Assembly: GCA_043740355.1 (NCBI GenBank)
Contig: JAYUCM010000095.1
Coordinates: forward strand, 1 to 33,791
Reading direction: 5' to 3'
Length of the DNA: 33,791 nt
Origin: Acidobacteriota bacterium
Lineage (GTDB): Bacteria > Acidobacteriota > Polarisedimenticolia > Polarisedimenticolales > DASRJG01
Part shown: positions 1 through 6,605 of the stretch, piece by piece
How the letters are laid out: the number at the start of each line of letters is the position of its first letter
How positions within the stretch are numbered: position 1 is the stretch's first letter
The notes under the pieces: model-generated
Databases searched by the model: none
Told to the model about the DNA's origin: nothing
The model's input: only the letters and a program-made list of their open reading frames with translations
Translations under genes and position numbers: made by a program

Positions 1-1060
1 CCCTTCCCTCCGTCACGACCGCGTTCGGAGGACACTGGAACGGATTCTCGAGGCTTATGTCGCGAAGCACCGCTTCGGCGAGGTCTTCGGAGAAGCTGGG
101 TTCATCCTGGCGCGTAATCCGGACACGGTGCGCGGCCCGGACCTCTCCTTTGTAGCTCGGGACCGGCTCGTGGGCATCGACTACGGCCGTTTCTTCGACG
201 GGGCACCCGATCTCGCGATCGAGATTCTCTCGCCGTCCAACCGGCCGTATCAGGTCCGTGCGAAGGTCGCGGACTACCTCGCGGCCGGATGCCGCCTCGT
301 CTGGGTCGTGGATCCAGAAGCCAGAAGCGTCACGACCTATCGGGCGCTTCTCTTTCCCCGGGTTCTCGGAGCCGGCGATGCGCTCGACGGCGTCGACCTG
401 CTGCCTGGGCTGACGATCCAGGTGGCGGCGATCTTCGAGTCTCCTCTCGATGCCTCGGCTCCCACGCGCCTCCTCGAAGCGAGTCGGTTTCTCATGCGAC
501 AAGGGGATGTGTACGACGCGTTGCGCCGCTTGGCGCAGCGTCTCGACGACGAAGGCCTCGATTACGCGGTGATCGGCGGCATGGCGGTCGTCGAGCACGG
601 CTCGCGGAGGACGACCGAGGGCATCGACCTCCTCATGCGCAAAGGAACGCTCGAGGAGTTCCGCGACCGCTGCGTCGGACGCGGCTACGAGCTTGCGTTT
701 CCCGGTGCGAAGCGCGCCTTTAGCGACGCCGAGACCGGCGTCCGCATCGAAGTCGTCGTGACGGGTGACTACCCCGGCGACGGAAAGCCGAAGGACGTCG
801 TGTTTCCCGATCCTGCCGACGTGGCCAAAAGCGGCGACGACTTCCGAGTCGTGCGCCTCGAGACCTTGATCGACCTGAAACTGGCTTCGGGGATGAGCGC
901 GCCGCACCGGCTGCGCGACCTTGCCGACGTCCAGGATCTGATTGTCAGGACCCGCCTTCCTTTGGAGTTCGTGGAGAGGTTACATCCCAGCGTTCGAGCG
1001 GAATATCGGCGGCTCTGGGAAACCGTGCGCGACGTTCCTCGCGAGGACGACGATCGGTAG
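1..1060 (+). CDS. Uma2-family (DUF820, PD-(D/E)xK) endonuclease domain fused to a C-terminal nucleotidyltransferase-like domain; 5' end outside the window
   Basis: The frame starting at nt 2 is open from the window edge to TAG at 1058-1060. The N-terminal part reads FGEVFGEAGFILARNPDTVRGPDLSFV...APDLAIEILSPSN...KVADYLAAGCRLVWVVDPEARSV, which is Uma2-like. The C-terminal ~190 aa (VIGGMAVVEHGSRRTTEGIDLLM ... LIDLKLASG..RLRDLADVQDLI) looks like a pol-beta-fold NTase / AbiEii-type module. Third codon positions are strongly G/C. Confidence 0.7.
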   Translation, partial: PSLRHDRVRRTLERILEAYVAKHRFGEVFGEAGFILARNPDTVRGPDLSFVARDRLVGIDYGRFFDGAPDLAIEILSPSNRPYQVRAKVADYLAAGCRLVWVVDPEARSVTTYRALLFPRVLGAGDALDGVDLLPGLTIQVAAIFESPLDASAPTRLLEASRFLMRQGDVYDALRRLAQRLDDEGLDYAVIGGMAVVEHGSRRTTEGIDLLMRKGTLEEFRDRCVGRGYELAFPGAKRAFSDAETGVRIEVVVTGDYPGDGKPKDVVFPDPADVAKSGDDFRVVRLETLIDLKLASGMSAPHRLRDLADVQDLIVRTRLPLEFVERLHPSVRAEYRRLWETVRDVPREDDDR

Positions 1061-1065
1061 CGCTT

Positions 1066-1860
1066 CTATTTCTTGGGCCGCCGCGCGTTCAGCCGCTCGC
1101 GCAGCGCCGTGGCCAGGAACGCCGGCCCTGCGACGGCACCGGACGGAATGCGTGTGTCGGCCTGATTGAACCGCATTGGGGCGCCGTCCAGCCGCAAGAC
1201 CACGCGGCCCGCCGCCTCCACGAGACCGACGCCACCGCACACGTCCCATTCGGACTTGGGCCGGACCGAATACGTCAGCGCGTCGGCACCCGCCGCGACG
1301 CGGAGCAGCTTGTACGCGACGCTGCCGACGGGACGCGTCGTACCCACGAGCCCTTCGAGGCCGGCAAGCCGGCCCTCTTCGGTCTCGCTGCGGCTGACGA
1401 TCGCGACGGCCTCTTCGAGGGACGTCGGTGCGGGCCGGGATCCAAGTCCGACGAAAACCGGGGCCGCCCCCTCCACCCAGGTTCCGCTCTCCCCGGTCAT
1501 CGGATTCACGACCGCGGCGGCGACGACGCGTTCCGAGAAGACCAGCCCGATCGAGATCGCGACCTCGGGGATGCCCGCGACGAGCTGCTTGGTGCCGTCG
1601 ATCGGGTCGACGATCCAGACCAATTCCTGACCGAGTCGCAGACGATCGTCGTCGGTCTCCTCGGAGAGCCAGCCGCTGCCGGGGAGCAGCTCGACCAGCT
1701 CGCGCCTCAAGAACGCGTTCACGGCGGCATCGACGGCGGTGACCGGCGATCCGTCCCCCTTCAGAACGACCGCGAGCGGCGCGGCGGCACCCTCCCGCGC
1801 CAGCGCCGCGGCGGCATCCGCGACGCCCGCCAACGCCTCGACGAGTAGGGGGAGTCTCAC
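1066..1860 (-). CDS. Inositol monophosphatase family protein (CysQ/SuhB-like phosphatase)
   Basis: 264-aa ORF with family motifs LSEETDDD and WIVDPIDGTK. The GTG start at 1860 overlaps the upstream stop (GTGA), which suggests translational coupling with the phosphatase gene. Confidence 0.8.
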   Translation of the reverse strand: MRLPLLVEALAGVADAAAALAREGAAAPLAVVLKGDGSPVTAVDAAVNAFLRRELVELLPGSGWLSEETDDDRLRLGQELVWIVDPIDGTKQLVAGIPEVAISIGLVFSERVVAAAVVNPMTGESGTWVEGAAPVFVGLGSRPAPTSLEEAVAIVSRSETEEGRLAGLEGLVGTTRPVGSVAYKLLRVAAGADALTYSVRPKSEWDVCGGVGLVEAAGRVVLRLDGAPMRFNQADTRIPSGAVAGPAFLATALRERLNARRPKK

Positions 1861-2948
1861 GCTCCCGTGCGCCTCAGGACGAGGATCGACTGGTCGTCGT
1901 GCGGCTTTTCCCCGTCGACGAAGCGACCGGCGGATTCGACGATGTGCCGCGCCGCGGCTTCGGCCGGAAAGCTAGCCGCGTCACGCACCGCGCTCGTCAA
2001 GCGAGAGAGACCGTACTCCTCGCCGTCGGCGTTCGTCGCCTCGGTGATCCCGTCGGAATAGAGGACGAGCAGATCGCCGGGATGAAGCGTGGCCACGCCT
2101 TGCGCGTACGAAATGCCAGGGAGCATACCGAGCGGAAGCGACGACGCGGCGAGCGGCTCGATCGTGTCTCGGGTGACGAGAAGCGCCGGATTGTGCCCGG
2201 CGTTCAGGTAGCGCACGTCGGACGAGCCCGCGGCGATCTCGGCGTAGAAGAGCGTCGCATACCGGTTGTCGAGCCCCGAGCGCTCGAGCACGCCGTTCAA
2301 CGACGCCCCGAGGGCCTCGAGGTTCACGGCCGCCGGTGCGAGCGCGCGCAGGGTCGCCTGCAGCTTCGCGCACAGCAGCGCGGCGCCCATTCCCTTTCCC
2401 GCGACGTCGCCCAAGGCGATTCCCGTGCGCCCGCCGGCCCCGTCGAGATAGTCGATCAGGTCGCCGCCGACGTCGTTCGCAGGCTGGGTCGCGCTCCAGA
2501 CCTCCCAGCCTTCGATCGTCGGCTGCGACTTCGGGAGCAGCGAGAGCTGGACCTGCCGCGCCACCTCGATCTCGTCGCGAGCGAGCAGCTTGTCCTTCAA
2601 TTCGAGCATCAGCACCAATAGAACGGGAAAGAAGGCGAGCCGCGAGGTATCCAGATCGACGTGGAGGTCGGCCCGGTCGATCTGCACGCGAAAAATAAAG
2701 AGGAAGGCCGCCAGCAACAACAAGATGCGGCGGGCGGGCGAGAGCCGTCGCAGGAGGTTGCGCGCCAGCCAGCTCGCGATCCAGAAGAAGCGCTTGATGT
2801 GCCGCATCCCGGCGAGCCGCTCGCGCTGCTCGTCGCTCAGGTAGAACCGGTAGATGTCGCGCAGATCGCGCCGGTATGCCTGCACGAGCTTCCCGCGCTT
2901 GACGTCGTCGATCACGAGGTCGCGGAGGCTGCCAGGCTTGGGGTCCAT
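1857..2948 (-). CDS. SpoIIE/PP2C-family serine phosphatase (RsbU-like) with N-terminal membrane segment
   Basis: 363 aa. PP2C/SpoIIE signatures are present: VGGDLIDY, GIALGDVAGKGMGAALL, LNAGHNPALL, LVLYSDGITEA. Hydrophobic helices occur in the first ~120 aa (ILLLLAAFLFIF, FFPVLLVLML). Confidence 0.85.
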   Translation of the reverse strand: MDPKPGSLRDLVIDDVKRGKLVQAYRRDLRDIYRFYLSDEQRERLAGMRHIKRFFWIASWLARNLLRRLSPARRILLLLAAFLFIFRVQIDRADLHVDLDTSRLAFFPVLLVLMLELKDKLLARDEIEVARQVQLSLLPKSQPTIEGWEVWSATQPANDVGGDLIDYLDGAGGRTGIALGDVAGKGMGAALLCAKLQATLRALAPAAVNLEALGASLNGVLERSGLDNRYATLFYAEIAAGSSDVRYLNAGHNPALLVTRDTIEPLAASSLPLGMLPGISYAQGVATLHPGDLLVLYSDGITEATNADGEEYGLSRLTSAVRDAASFPAEAAARHIVESAGRFVDGEKPHDDQSILVLRRTGA

Positions 2949-2969
2949 CGCCGGAGATTGTAGACGGGG
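2667..2969. repeat. Direct repeat copy 1 (303 bp): 5' end plus 21 bp upstream of the intact phosphatase gene
   Basis: Hand alignment to 8135-8437 gives 14 mismatches and no indels in 303 positions. Confidence 0.9.
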
Positions 2970-2984
2970 CAGGACACAGACCGG

Positions 2985-3329
2985 TCACAGACCCATCACG
3001 AGTCGGAGTCCATTGTCGACGGAAGTCATCTCTCGCTTCGGCAGGGTGCGGACGGGCTCGGTCAGCATCGTTCGGTCCAAGGTCAGCACCTGAGAGACGT
3101 TGACGACGGAAGGCTTCGGGAGCCCGCTCGTTCGTCGATTCAAGAGGACGTTGCCCGGCGCGTCCGCAAGCCCGGTGTTCGAGGTGATTGCCGCTACAAC
3201 CACGGTCCCAATCCGGCTCCGATTGAAGGCCTCCGACTGCACAACGAGGACGGGGCGTCGGAACCCAGGCTCCGAGCCCTCGGGGTCGGGAAGCGACGCC
3301 CACCAGATCTGCCCGCGCTGCATCACCAC
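2985..3329 (-). CDS. mazF: Type II toxin, PemK/MazF family endoribonuclease
   Basis: The sequence MQRGQIWWASLPDPEGSEPGFRRPVLVVQSEAFN...VVAAITSN is typical of MazF/PemK. The likely true start is ATG at 3323, which overlaps the antitoxin stop (TGATG). The GTG codons at 3326 and 3329 are alternatives. Confidence 0.85.
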   Translation of the reverse strand: MVMQRGQIWWASLPDPEGSEPGFRRPVLVVQSEAFNRSRIGTVVVAAITSNTGLADAPGNVLLNRRTSGLPKPSVVNVSQVLTLDRTMLTEPVRTLPKREMTSVDNGLRLVMGL

Positions 3330-3562
3330 GCGTCCCGCGCGCGCGTCCCCGAGATCTGCATCGCCGACAGCACCGGATCGACCTTGGACTCGGTCTTGCT
3401 GTACACCTCGTCGAGTCGCTCGGTGACCCCTCGTTCGCCGTGGTCACGGAGGAAGGCCTTCACCGCCACCACAAAGAGCTGACTTCGGGACATCCCTGTG
3501 CGACGCGCGACGGCCTCCGCCGCCTCGAAGACGTCGTCGGGTATGGAAATCGCCGTCTTCAT
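3323..3562 (-). CDS. Ribbon-helix-helix (CopG/MazE-like) antitoxin
   Basis: 79 aa. The N-terminus MKTAISIPDDVFEAAEAVARRTGMSRSQLFVVAVKAFL fits an RHH fold. GGAGGG lies 7 nt upstream of the ATG. The gene sits immediately upstream of, and overlaps, the MazF gene. Confidence 0.75.
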   Translation of the reverse strand: MKTAISIPDDVFEAAEAVARRTGMSRSQLFVVAVKAFLRDHGERGVTERLDEVYSKTESKVDPVLSAMQISGTRARDAW

Positions 3563-3609
3563 CGTCGTCCCTCCGCTCCCGAATCCGTCCGCCGGACACG
3601 ACCTCGATA

Positions 3610-3638
3610 AGTATAACCACGGTTATACTCATGGTCAA
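3610..3638 (-). promoter_or_regulatory. Sigma70-type promoter of the RHH-mazF operon with overlapping palindromic operator
   Basis: The minus strand reads TTGACC (3638-3633), a 17-nt spacer, then TATACT (3615-3610). The perfect palindrome GTATAACC-ac-GGTTATAC (3611-3628) covers the -10 box and spacer, the usual layout for TA autoregulation. Confidence 0.6.
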
Positions 3639-3645
3639 GCGCCCG

Positions 3646-3653
3646 CAGAACTC
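3646..3653. repeat. Target-site duplication, left copy (CAGAACTC)
   Basis: An identical 8-mer directly abuts the outer end of both terminal inverted repeats (3646-3653 and 6860-6867). Confidence 0.75.
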
Positions 3654-3669
3654 GGTAGTGGGTCAGTTT
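3654..3669. repeat. Terminal inverted repeat (transposase-proximal)
   Basis: GGTAGTGGGTCAGTTT. It contains the transposase stop codon (TGA, 3665-3663 on the minus strand). Confidence 0.8.
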
Positions 3670-4523
3670 GAGGCCGACTTTCTTTCGGCCGCTTCACGAG
3701 TTTCAAGCAATCCGACTAATTCGTCCAGCGTCCAGACGTGATCAGCGATCCCCGCCTCGATGGCAGGCGTCACGCGAAGGGTTTGATGGACGCGGCAGAA
3801 GTTGTAGTGCATGAAGTGCAAGGCTACCGCATGGGCCAGGTTTTCGGCCTTCTTTGAGAACGCGTTCGTTAGCCGAGTGAACCTACGCATGCTCATCCGC
3901 ATGGTGAGATTCTGGCGCTCTACGAACGACGTTGAAATGTGCATTCTGTTGGGATTGCCCGAGACCACGCGCCTCCGTGTTCCCGTGCATTCGGCGGGGC
4001 TGTACCGGACCTCGCCTTCCGGCGCCGCTCCGTAAAGTTTGACGAGCTGGGCGTAGTCAATCCCAGCTCCGAATGCTCCCTCCACGGCCTCTAGGTAGGG
4101 CCTGTGACCGTCTGTAGTTAGTTGAACGCGGCTCGATAAGCGTCCTGCGACATCCTGCATGAAGTCCCATGCTGAGCCGCCATCGCGCTCCCCGAGTGAA
4201 TACGCGACGACCAGCTTGGAATCCGCGTCTAGCGCGATCCATGTCCACACATCGCCAAAGCCAGGTTTCCCGCGAAGTTCTGAGGGAAGATTCTTTTCCT
4301 TGGCGTAGCAGAACGACCAGATTTCGTCGCACTGGAGCCGCTTGCTCTTGAGGTTGCGAACGTACGCGTCGTGATAATCACGGCACGCCGCTCCGAGATC
4401 GGCAAGCAGTTTGACAACGGTATTCTTCGCAATACCTGTCATCCGCACTGTCGCGCGAATGGAGTTCCCTTCAACCAGCGCCGCGACAACCCCGGCTCTT
4501 TCTGTGCAATTCAGCTTGTTCAT
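3663..4523 (-). CDS. IS1-family DDE transposase (fused InsAB'-like, single ORF)
   Basis: 286 aa. The N-terminal HTH is GNSIRATVRMTGIAKNTVVKLL. The catalytic-region pattern matches E. coli IS1 InsB: CDEIWSF..., LTTDGHRPY, FVERQNLTMRMSMRRFTRLTNAFSKK. Confidence 0.85.
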   Translation of the reverse strand: MNKLNCTERAGVVAALVEGNSIRATVRMTGIAKNTVVKLLADLGAACRDYHDAYVRNLKSKRLQCDEIWSFCYAKEKNLPSELRGKPGFGDVWTWIALDADSKLVVAYSLGERDGGSAWDFMQDVAGRLSSRVQLTTDGHRPYLEAVEGAFGAGIDYAQLVKLYGAAPEGEVRYSPAECTGTRRRVVSGNPNRMHISTSFVERQNLTMRMSMRRFTRLTNAFSKKAENLAHAVALHFMHYNFCRVHQTLRVTPAIEAGIADHVWTLDELVGLLETREAAERKSASN

Positions 4524-4529
4524 ATCGTG

Positions 4530-4558
4530 AATATACTTAAGCGCTCAAGCATTGTCAA
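4530..4558 (-). promoter_or_regulatory. Near-consensus promoter for the transposase, probably giving a leaderless mRNA
   Basis: The minus strand reads TTGACA (4558-4553), a 17-nt spacer, then TATATT (4535-4530). Only 6 nt separate the -10 box from the ATG at 4523. Confidence 0.5.
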
Positions 4559-4594
4559 GAGAGAACCTTTCAAAGCAGAAAGGCTCATAGCCGA

Positions 4595-4622
4595 TTGACT
4601 TGCGTAATCAGATTCGTATATG
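4595..4622 (+). promoter_or_regulatory. Candidate promoter for the plus-strand passenger genes
   Basis: TTGACT (4595-4600), a 16-nt spacer, then TATATG (4617-4622). It is divergent from the transposase promoter. The hairpin CCTTTC-aaagca-GAAAGG lies between the two promoters (4566-4583). Confidence 0.45.
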
Positions 4623-4634
4623 CTCTGGAATGTC

Positions 4635-4764
4635 GGCGGGAGTTTCGGGGAAAACCCCTAGGAAGGTTCCGAAACCCCCGCCCCGGAGGTGGTGATGCAC
4701 GTGAAACGCTAGGCACCCCTGGAAAGGGTGGGGGCGGGTAACACCCGCCCCAAAACGTTTCACG
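4635..4764 (+). ncRNA. Highly structured, G/C-rich leader or ncRNA upstream of the first passenger gene (class unknown)
   Basis: Domain 1: GGCGGG 4635-4640 pairs with CCCGCC 4677-4682, stacked on GTTTCGG 4642-4648 paired with CCGAAAC 4669-4675. Domain 2 is a three-way junction. Its closing stem is CGTGAAACG 4700-4708 paired with CGTTTCACG 4756-4764. It encloses the hairpins CACCC 4714-4718 / GGGTG 4726-4730 and GGGGCGGGT 4731-4739 / ACCCGCCCC 4743-4751. Confidence 0.35.
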
Positions 4765-4799
4765 CCTTCCGGCTGGGAATATATCAGGCGAGGTGATCA

Positions 4800-5330
4800 A
4801 TGAGCCAAGAAATCGACTACGCCGCAGTTCTTGAGGATTTAGAGGCCAAGCGCTCCGCTCTGGACACGACCATAGCTGGGATCAAGATGATGCTCGGGCA
4901 AGAGGTGGAGAATCCCGGACAATTGGACGGGAACAAGGCCACGCCGAGCGCTTCAGGCCCTAAGGAAGTCAAGCCCGGAACGTTCCATGGGATGAGCATT
5001 GCCGAAGCCGCAAGGGTCTATCTGGAAATGACGAAGCAGAAGCAGACGACACCCGAACTTGGGGAGGCCCTCAAGCGCGGAGGGATCGAATCTCAATCCA
5101 AGGATTTCATCCGCACCGTGTACACGATTCTAGCGGCCAGGCCGAGGGTGTTCCTACGCCTGGGCATGCATTGGGCGCTTGCTGAATGGTATCCAAACCG
5201 CGCCGCGAGCTCGGCCGCGCTGGCGCCGAAGAAGATCAAGAAGGCGAAGAAGAAGCCCAAGGTCGTCGTCAAGACCGGCAAGGCTCCTGCCGAGAAGGCA
5301 ACAGGCAAACCGCAAGAGTTCGCAGGATAG
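4800..5330 (+). CDS. Hypothetical passenger protein: coiled N-terminus, winged-HTH (HARE-HTH-like) core, Lys-rich tail
   Basis: ATG is preceded by GAGGTGA (4789-4795). The core FHGMSIAEAARVYLEMTKQKQTTPELGEALKRGG...FLRLGMHWALAEWY resembles the HARE-HTH ending G.W.L..W. The tail is KKIKKAKKKPKVVVK. Confidence 0.6.
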   Translation: MSQEIDYAAVLEDLEAKRSALDTTIAGIKMMLGQEVENPGQLDGNKATPSASGPKEVKPGTFHGMSIAEAARVYLEMTKQKQTTPELGEALKRGGIESQSKDFIRTVYTILAARPRVFLRLGMHWALAEWYPNRAASSAALAPKKIKKAKKKPKVVVKTGKAPAEKATGKPQEFAG

Positions 5331-5342
5331 GCGGAAGAATCG

Positions 5343-5615
5343 GTGAGCTGGCAAATTGAATTTGACGCCAAGATGGTTTACGGGAAACTACGTGGATATC
5401 CTCCGGAGCAGATCGTCGAGGTCACAGAACGAGTGCGGGAAGCCCTACTGACTAATTGCACTCGAGGTACGTTTGGCACCGGGACCAATTCGACGCGTCG
5501 GTTCTACAAGGATGGATTTAGATACAACGGGAAATGGCTGGCATTGAGCTTCACTTACACCGTTGACGAAAAGGCGCAAATGATTTCAGTCTCGGCGGTG
5601 GGAATGACGAATTAG
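5343..5615 (+). CDS. Hypothetical 90-aa passenger protein, possibly RelE/ParE-fold
   Basis: GTG start 12 nt after the upstream stop. The sequence SWQIEFDAKMVYGKL...EQIVEVTERVREAL followed by the strand-like ALSFTYTVDEKAQMISVSAVG recalls RelE/ParE toxins. This is pattern similarity only. Confidence 0.45.
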   Translation: MSWQIEFDAKMVYGKLRGYPPEQIVEVTERVREALLTNCTRGTFGTGTNSTRRFYKDGFRYNGKWLALSFTYTVDEKAQMISVSAVGMTN

Positions 5616-6235
5616 AGTGCAGATTCTTTGTCGAGTGTCGCGAGAATGCTGGCGACTTCTTCGACATTTGGGACGCGCTTAGTTGCGTTTATTCCCAAAC
5701 CAGCGCGAAGCCTACGCTCACCTTCGAGAATGTCTGCCAGCGCAATGCCATGCTGGTCGAAGTCTTCGTTGTCCACAATCTCCATCCTCAGCGGCTTGCC
5801 GTAAGCTTCCCGCGCCACAGCATCTTTCATCGGCGGAGTTTGATACACGATCTCTTCCACAAGCTCTTTTCTGCCCTTCTTCCCGAACGTCTTGACTAGA
5901 TAATCCAGCACGGCGACCTCGTCGTCTGCGAACGTGTACATCATGTCGCCCAGCGGTACATAAAACGAACCGTAATAGGACTGGTAGGGATACGTTTCAA
6001 CTTGAATCAAGTTGCGAGATTTGAGACTCGCCTCGCACAGCGCGAACTGCTCATCCCAGGGGCCGTACTCCCACCAGCGGTACTGCATTTCAGTCAGTGG
6101 CCGTCCCAATACGCGCCGCGCCTCCAGATCGGCGAGGTAAAGCAGCTTCACTAGTTTCGTTCTCCCGGCTGCGTCGGAGAGATGCGAAACGAGGTAGTGA
6201 AGGGCTTGGCACGTTCTAGGCGATGCTTCAGCCAT
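5612..6235 (-). CDS. Panacea-domain (DUF4065, SocA/PanA-like antitoxin domain) protein
   Basis: 207 aa. The N-terminal GRTKLVKLLYLADLEARRVLGRPLTEMQYRWWEYGPW is the DUF4065 signature. A ~70-aa C-terminal extension has no family I can assign. Its stop overlaps the stop of the convergent 90-aa ORF (TTAG, 5612-5615). Confidence 0.8.
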   Translation of the reverse strand: MAEASPRTCQALHYLVSHLSDAAGRTKLVKLLYLADLEARRVLGRPLTEMQYRWWEYGPWDEQFALCEASLKSRNLIQVETYPYQSYYGSFYVPLGDMMYTFADDEVAVLDYLVKTFGKKGRKELVEEIVYQTPPMKDAVAREAYGKPLRMEIVDNEDFDQHGIALADILEGERRLRAGLGINATKRVPNVEEVASILATLDKESAL

Positions 6236-6278
6236 ACCCGTTTTCCATCGCCGTGTTTAACCGCTCTCGGCGGAAGTA

Positions 6279-6307
6279 ATTGTAACGAAAAGACTTGCGG
6301 TTGTCAA
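6279..6307 (-). promoter_or_regulatory. Near-consensus sigma70 promoter dedicated to the Panacea-domain gene
   Basis: The minus strand reads TTGACA (6307-6302), a 17-nt spacer, then TACAAT (6284-6279). It lies about 43 nt upstream of the ATG at 6235. Confidence 0.55.
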
Positions 6308-6325
6308 TGCTAATTTATTGCGAGT

Positions 6326-6568
6326 TTATCGCGCTTTCTTTGCACTCTTCGCCCATCTGGCCTTGGCGGCCTTAAGCGCGATTTCGCTGCGTGTTGCTGC
6401 GTCCAGTTTCTTAGCCCTAGCAGGGCCACCCTTCTTACCGCCAAGTCGTCCGAGGGCAACCGCTGCCGGGTTCTTGTCTACAGCATTAAGGCCAGCAATC
6501 TCCGCGACTATTTGCGCTGCCATGGCATTCACATCGGAGGACCGAGGCTTACTTGAGCGCTTAGGCAT
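6326..6568 (-). CDS. Small basic protein with KGG-like C-terminal motif (hypothetical)
   Basis: 80 aa from ATG 6568. The sequence AAVALGRLGGKKGGPARAKKLDAATRSEIALKAAKARW is a motif common in small mobile-element proteins. The longer GTG-6646 version would overlap the divergent ORF, so I disfavour it. Confidence 0.45.
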   Translation of the reverse strand: MPKRSSKPRSSDVNAMAAQIVAEIAGLNAVDKNPAAVALGRLGGKKGGPARAKKLDAATRSEIALKAAKARWAKSAKKAR

Positions 6569-6605
6569 GCGCTGATGATACTGTCGGCCCAATCGAGGAG
6601 CAAGC

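Noticed and set aside
2949-2984. A tRNA or integrase-type att site at the repeat boundaries
   Set aside because: No tRNA-like cloverleaf sequence and no integrase/recombinase gene occur anywhere in 2.6-8.7 kb. The repeat is a protein-coding 5' end, not a tRNA 3' end.
1981-3447. 488-aa minus-strand ORF spanning the phosphatase and mazF genes
   Set aside because: Its composition is extremely Arg-rich and it overlaps two genes with clear family signatures in other frames. The same reasoning rejects 6876-8534 (except its last ~57 codons), 17858-20011, 20408-22300, 19212-20420, 20449-21388, 22243-23625, 28203-29567 and 30936-32255.
4560-4620. A possible internal inverted repeat that would end a minimal IS just after the transposase promoter, leaving the cargo outside the element
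   Set aside because: The best local alignment to the IR sequence (around 4591-4606) matched only about 6 of 16 positions. The only convincing partner of the 3654-3669 IR is at 6844-6859, and the 8-bp duplication flanks that pair.
4700-4764. The three-way junction in the cargo leader as a hammerhead ribozyme
   Set aside because: The junction strands read CTAGG and AAAA, with no spacer between the two inner hairpins. The conserved CUGANGA and GAAA core is absent.
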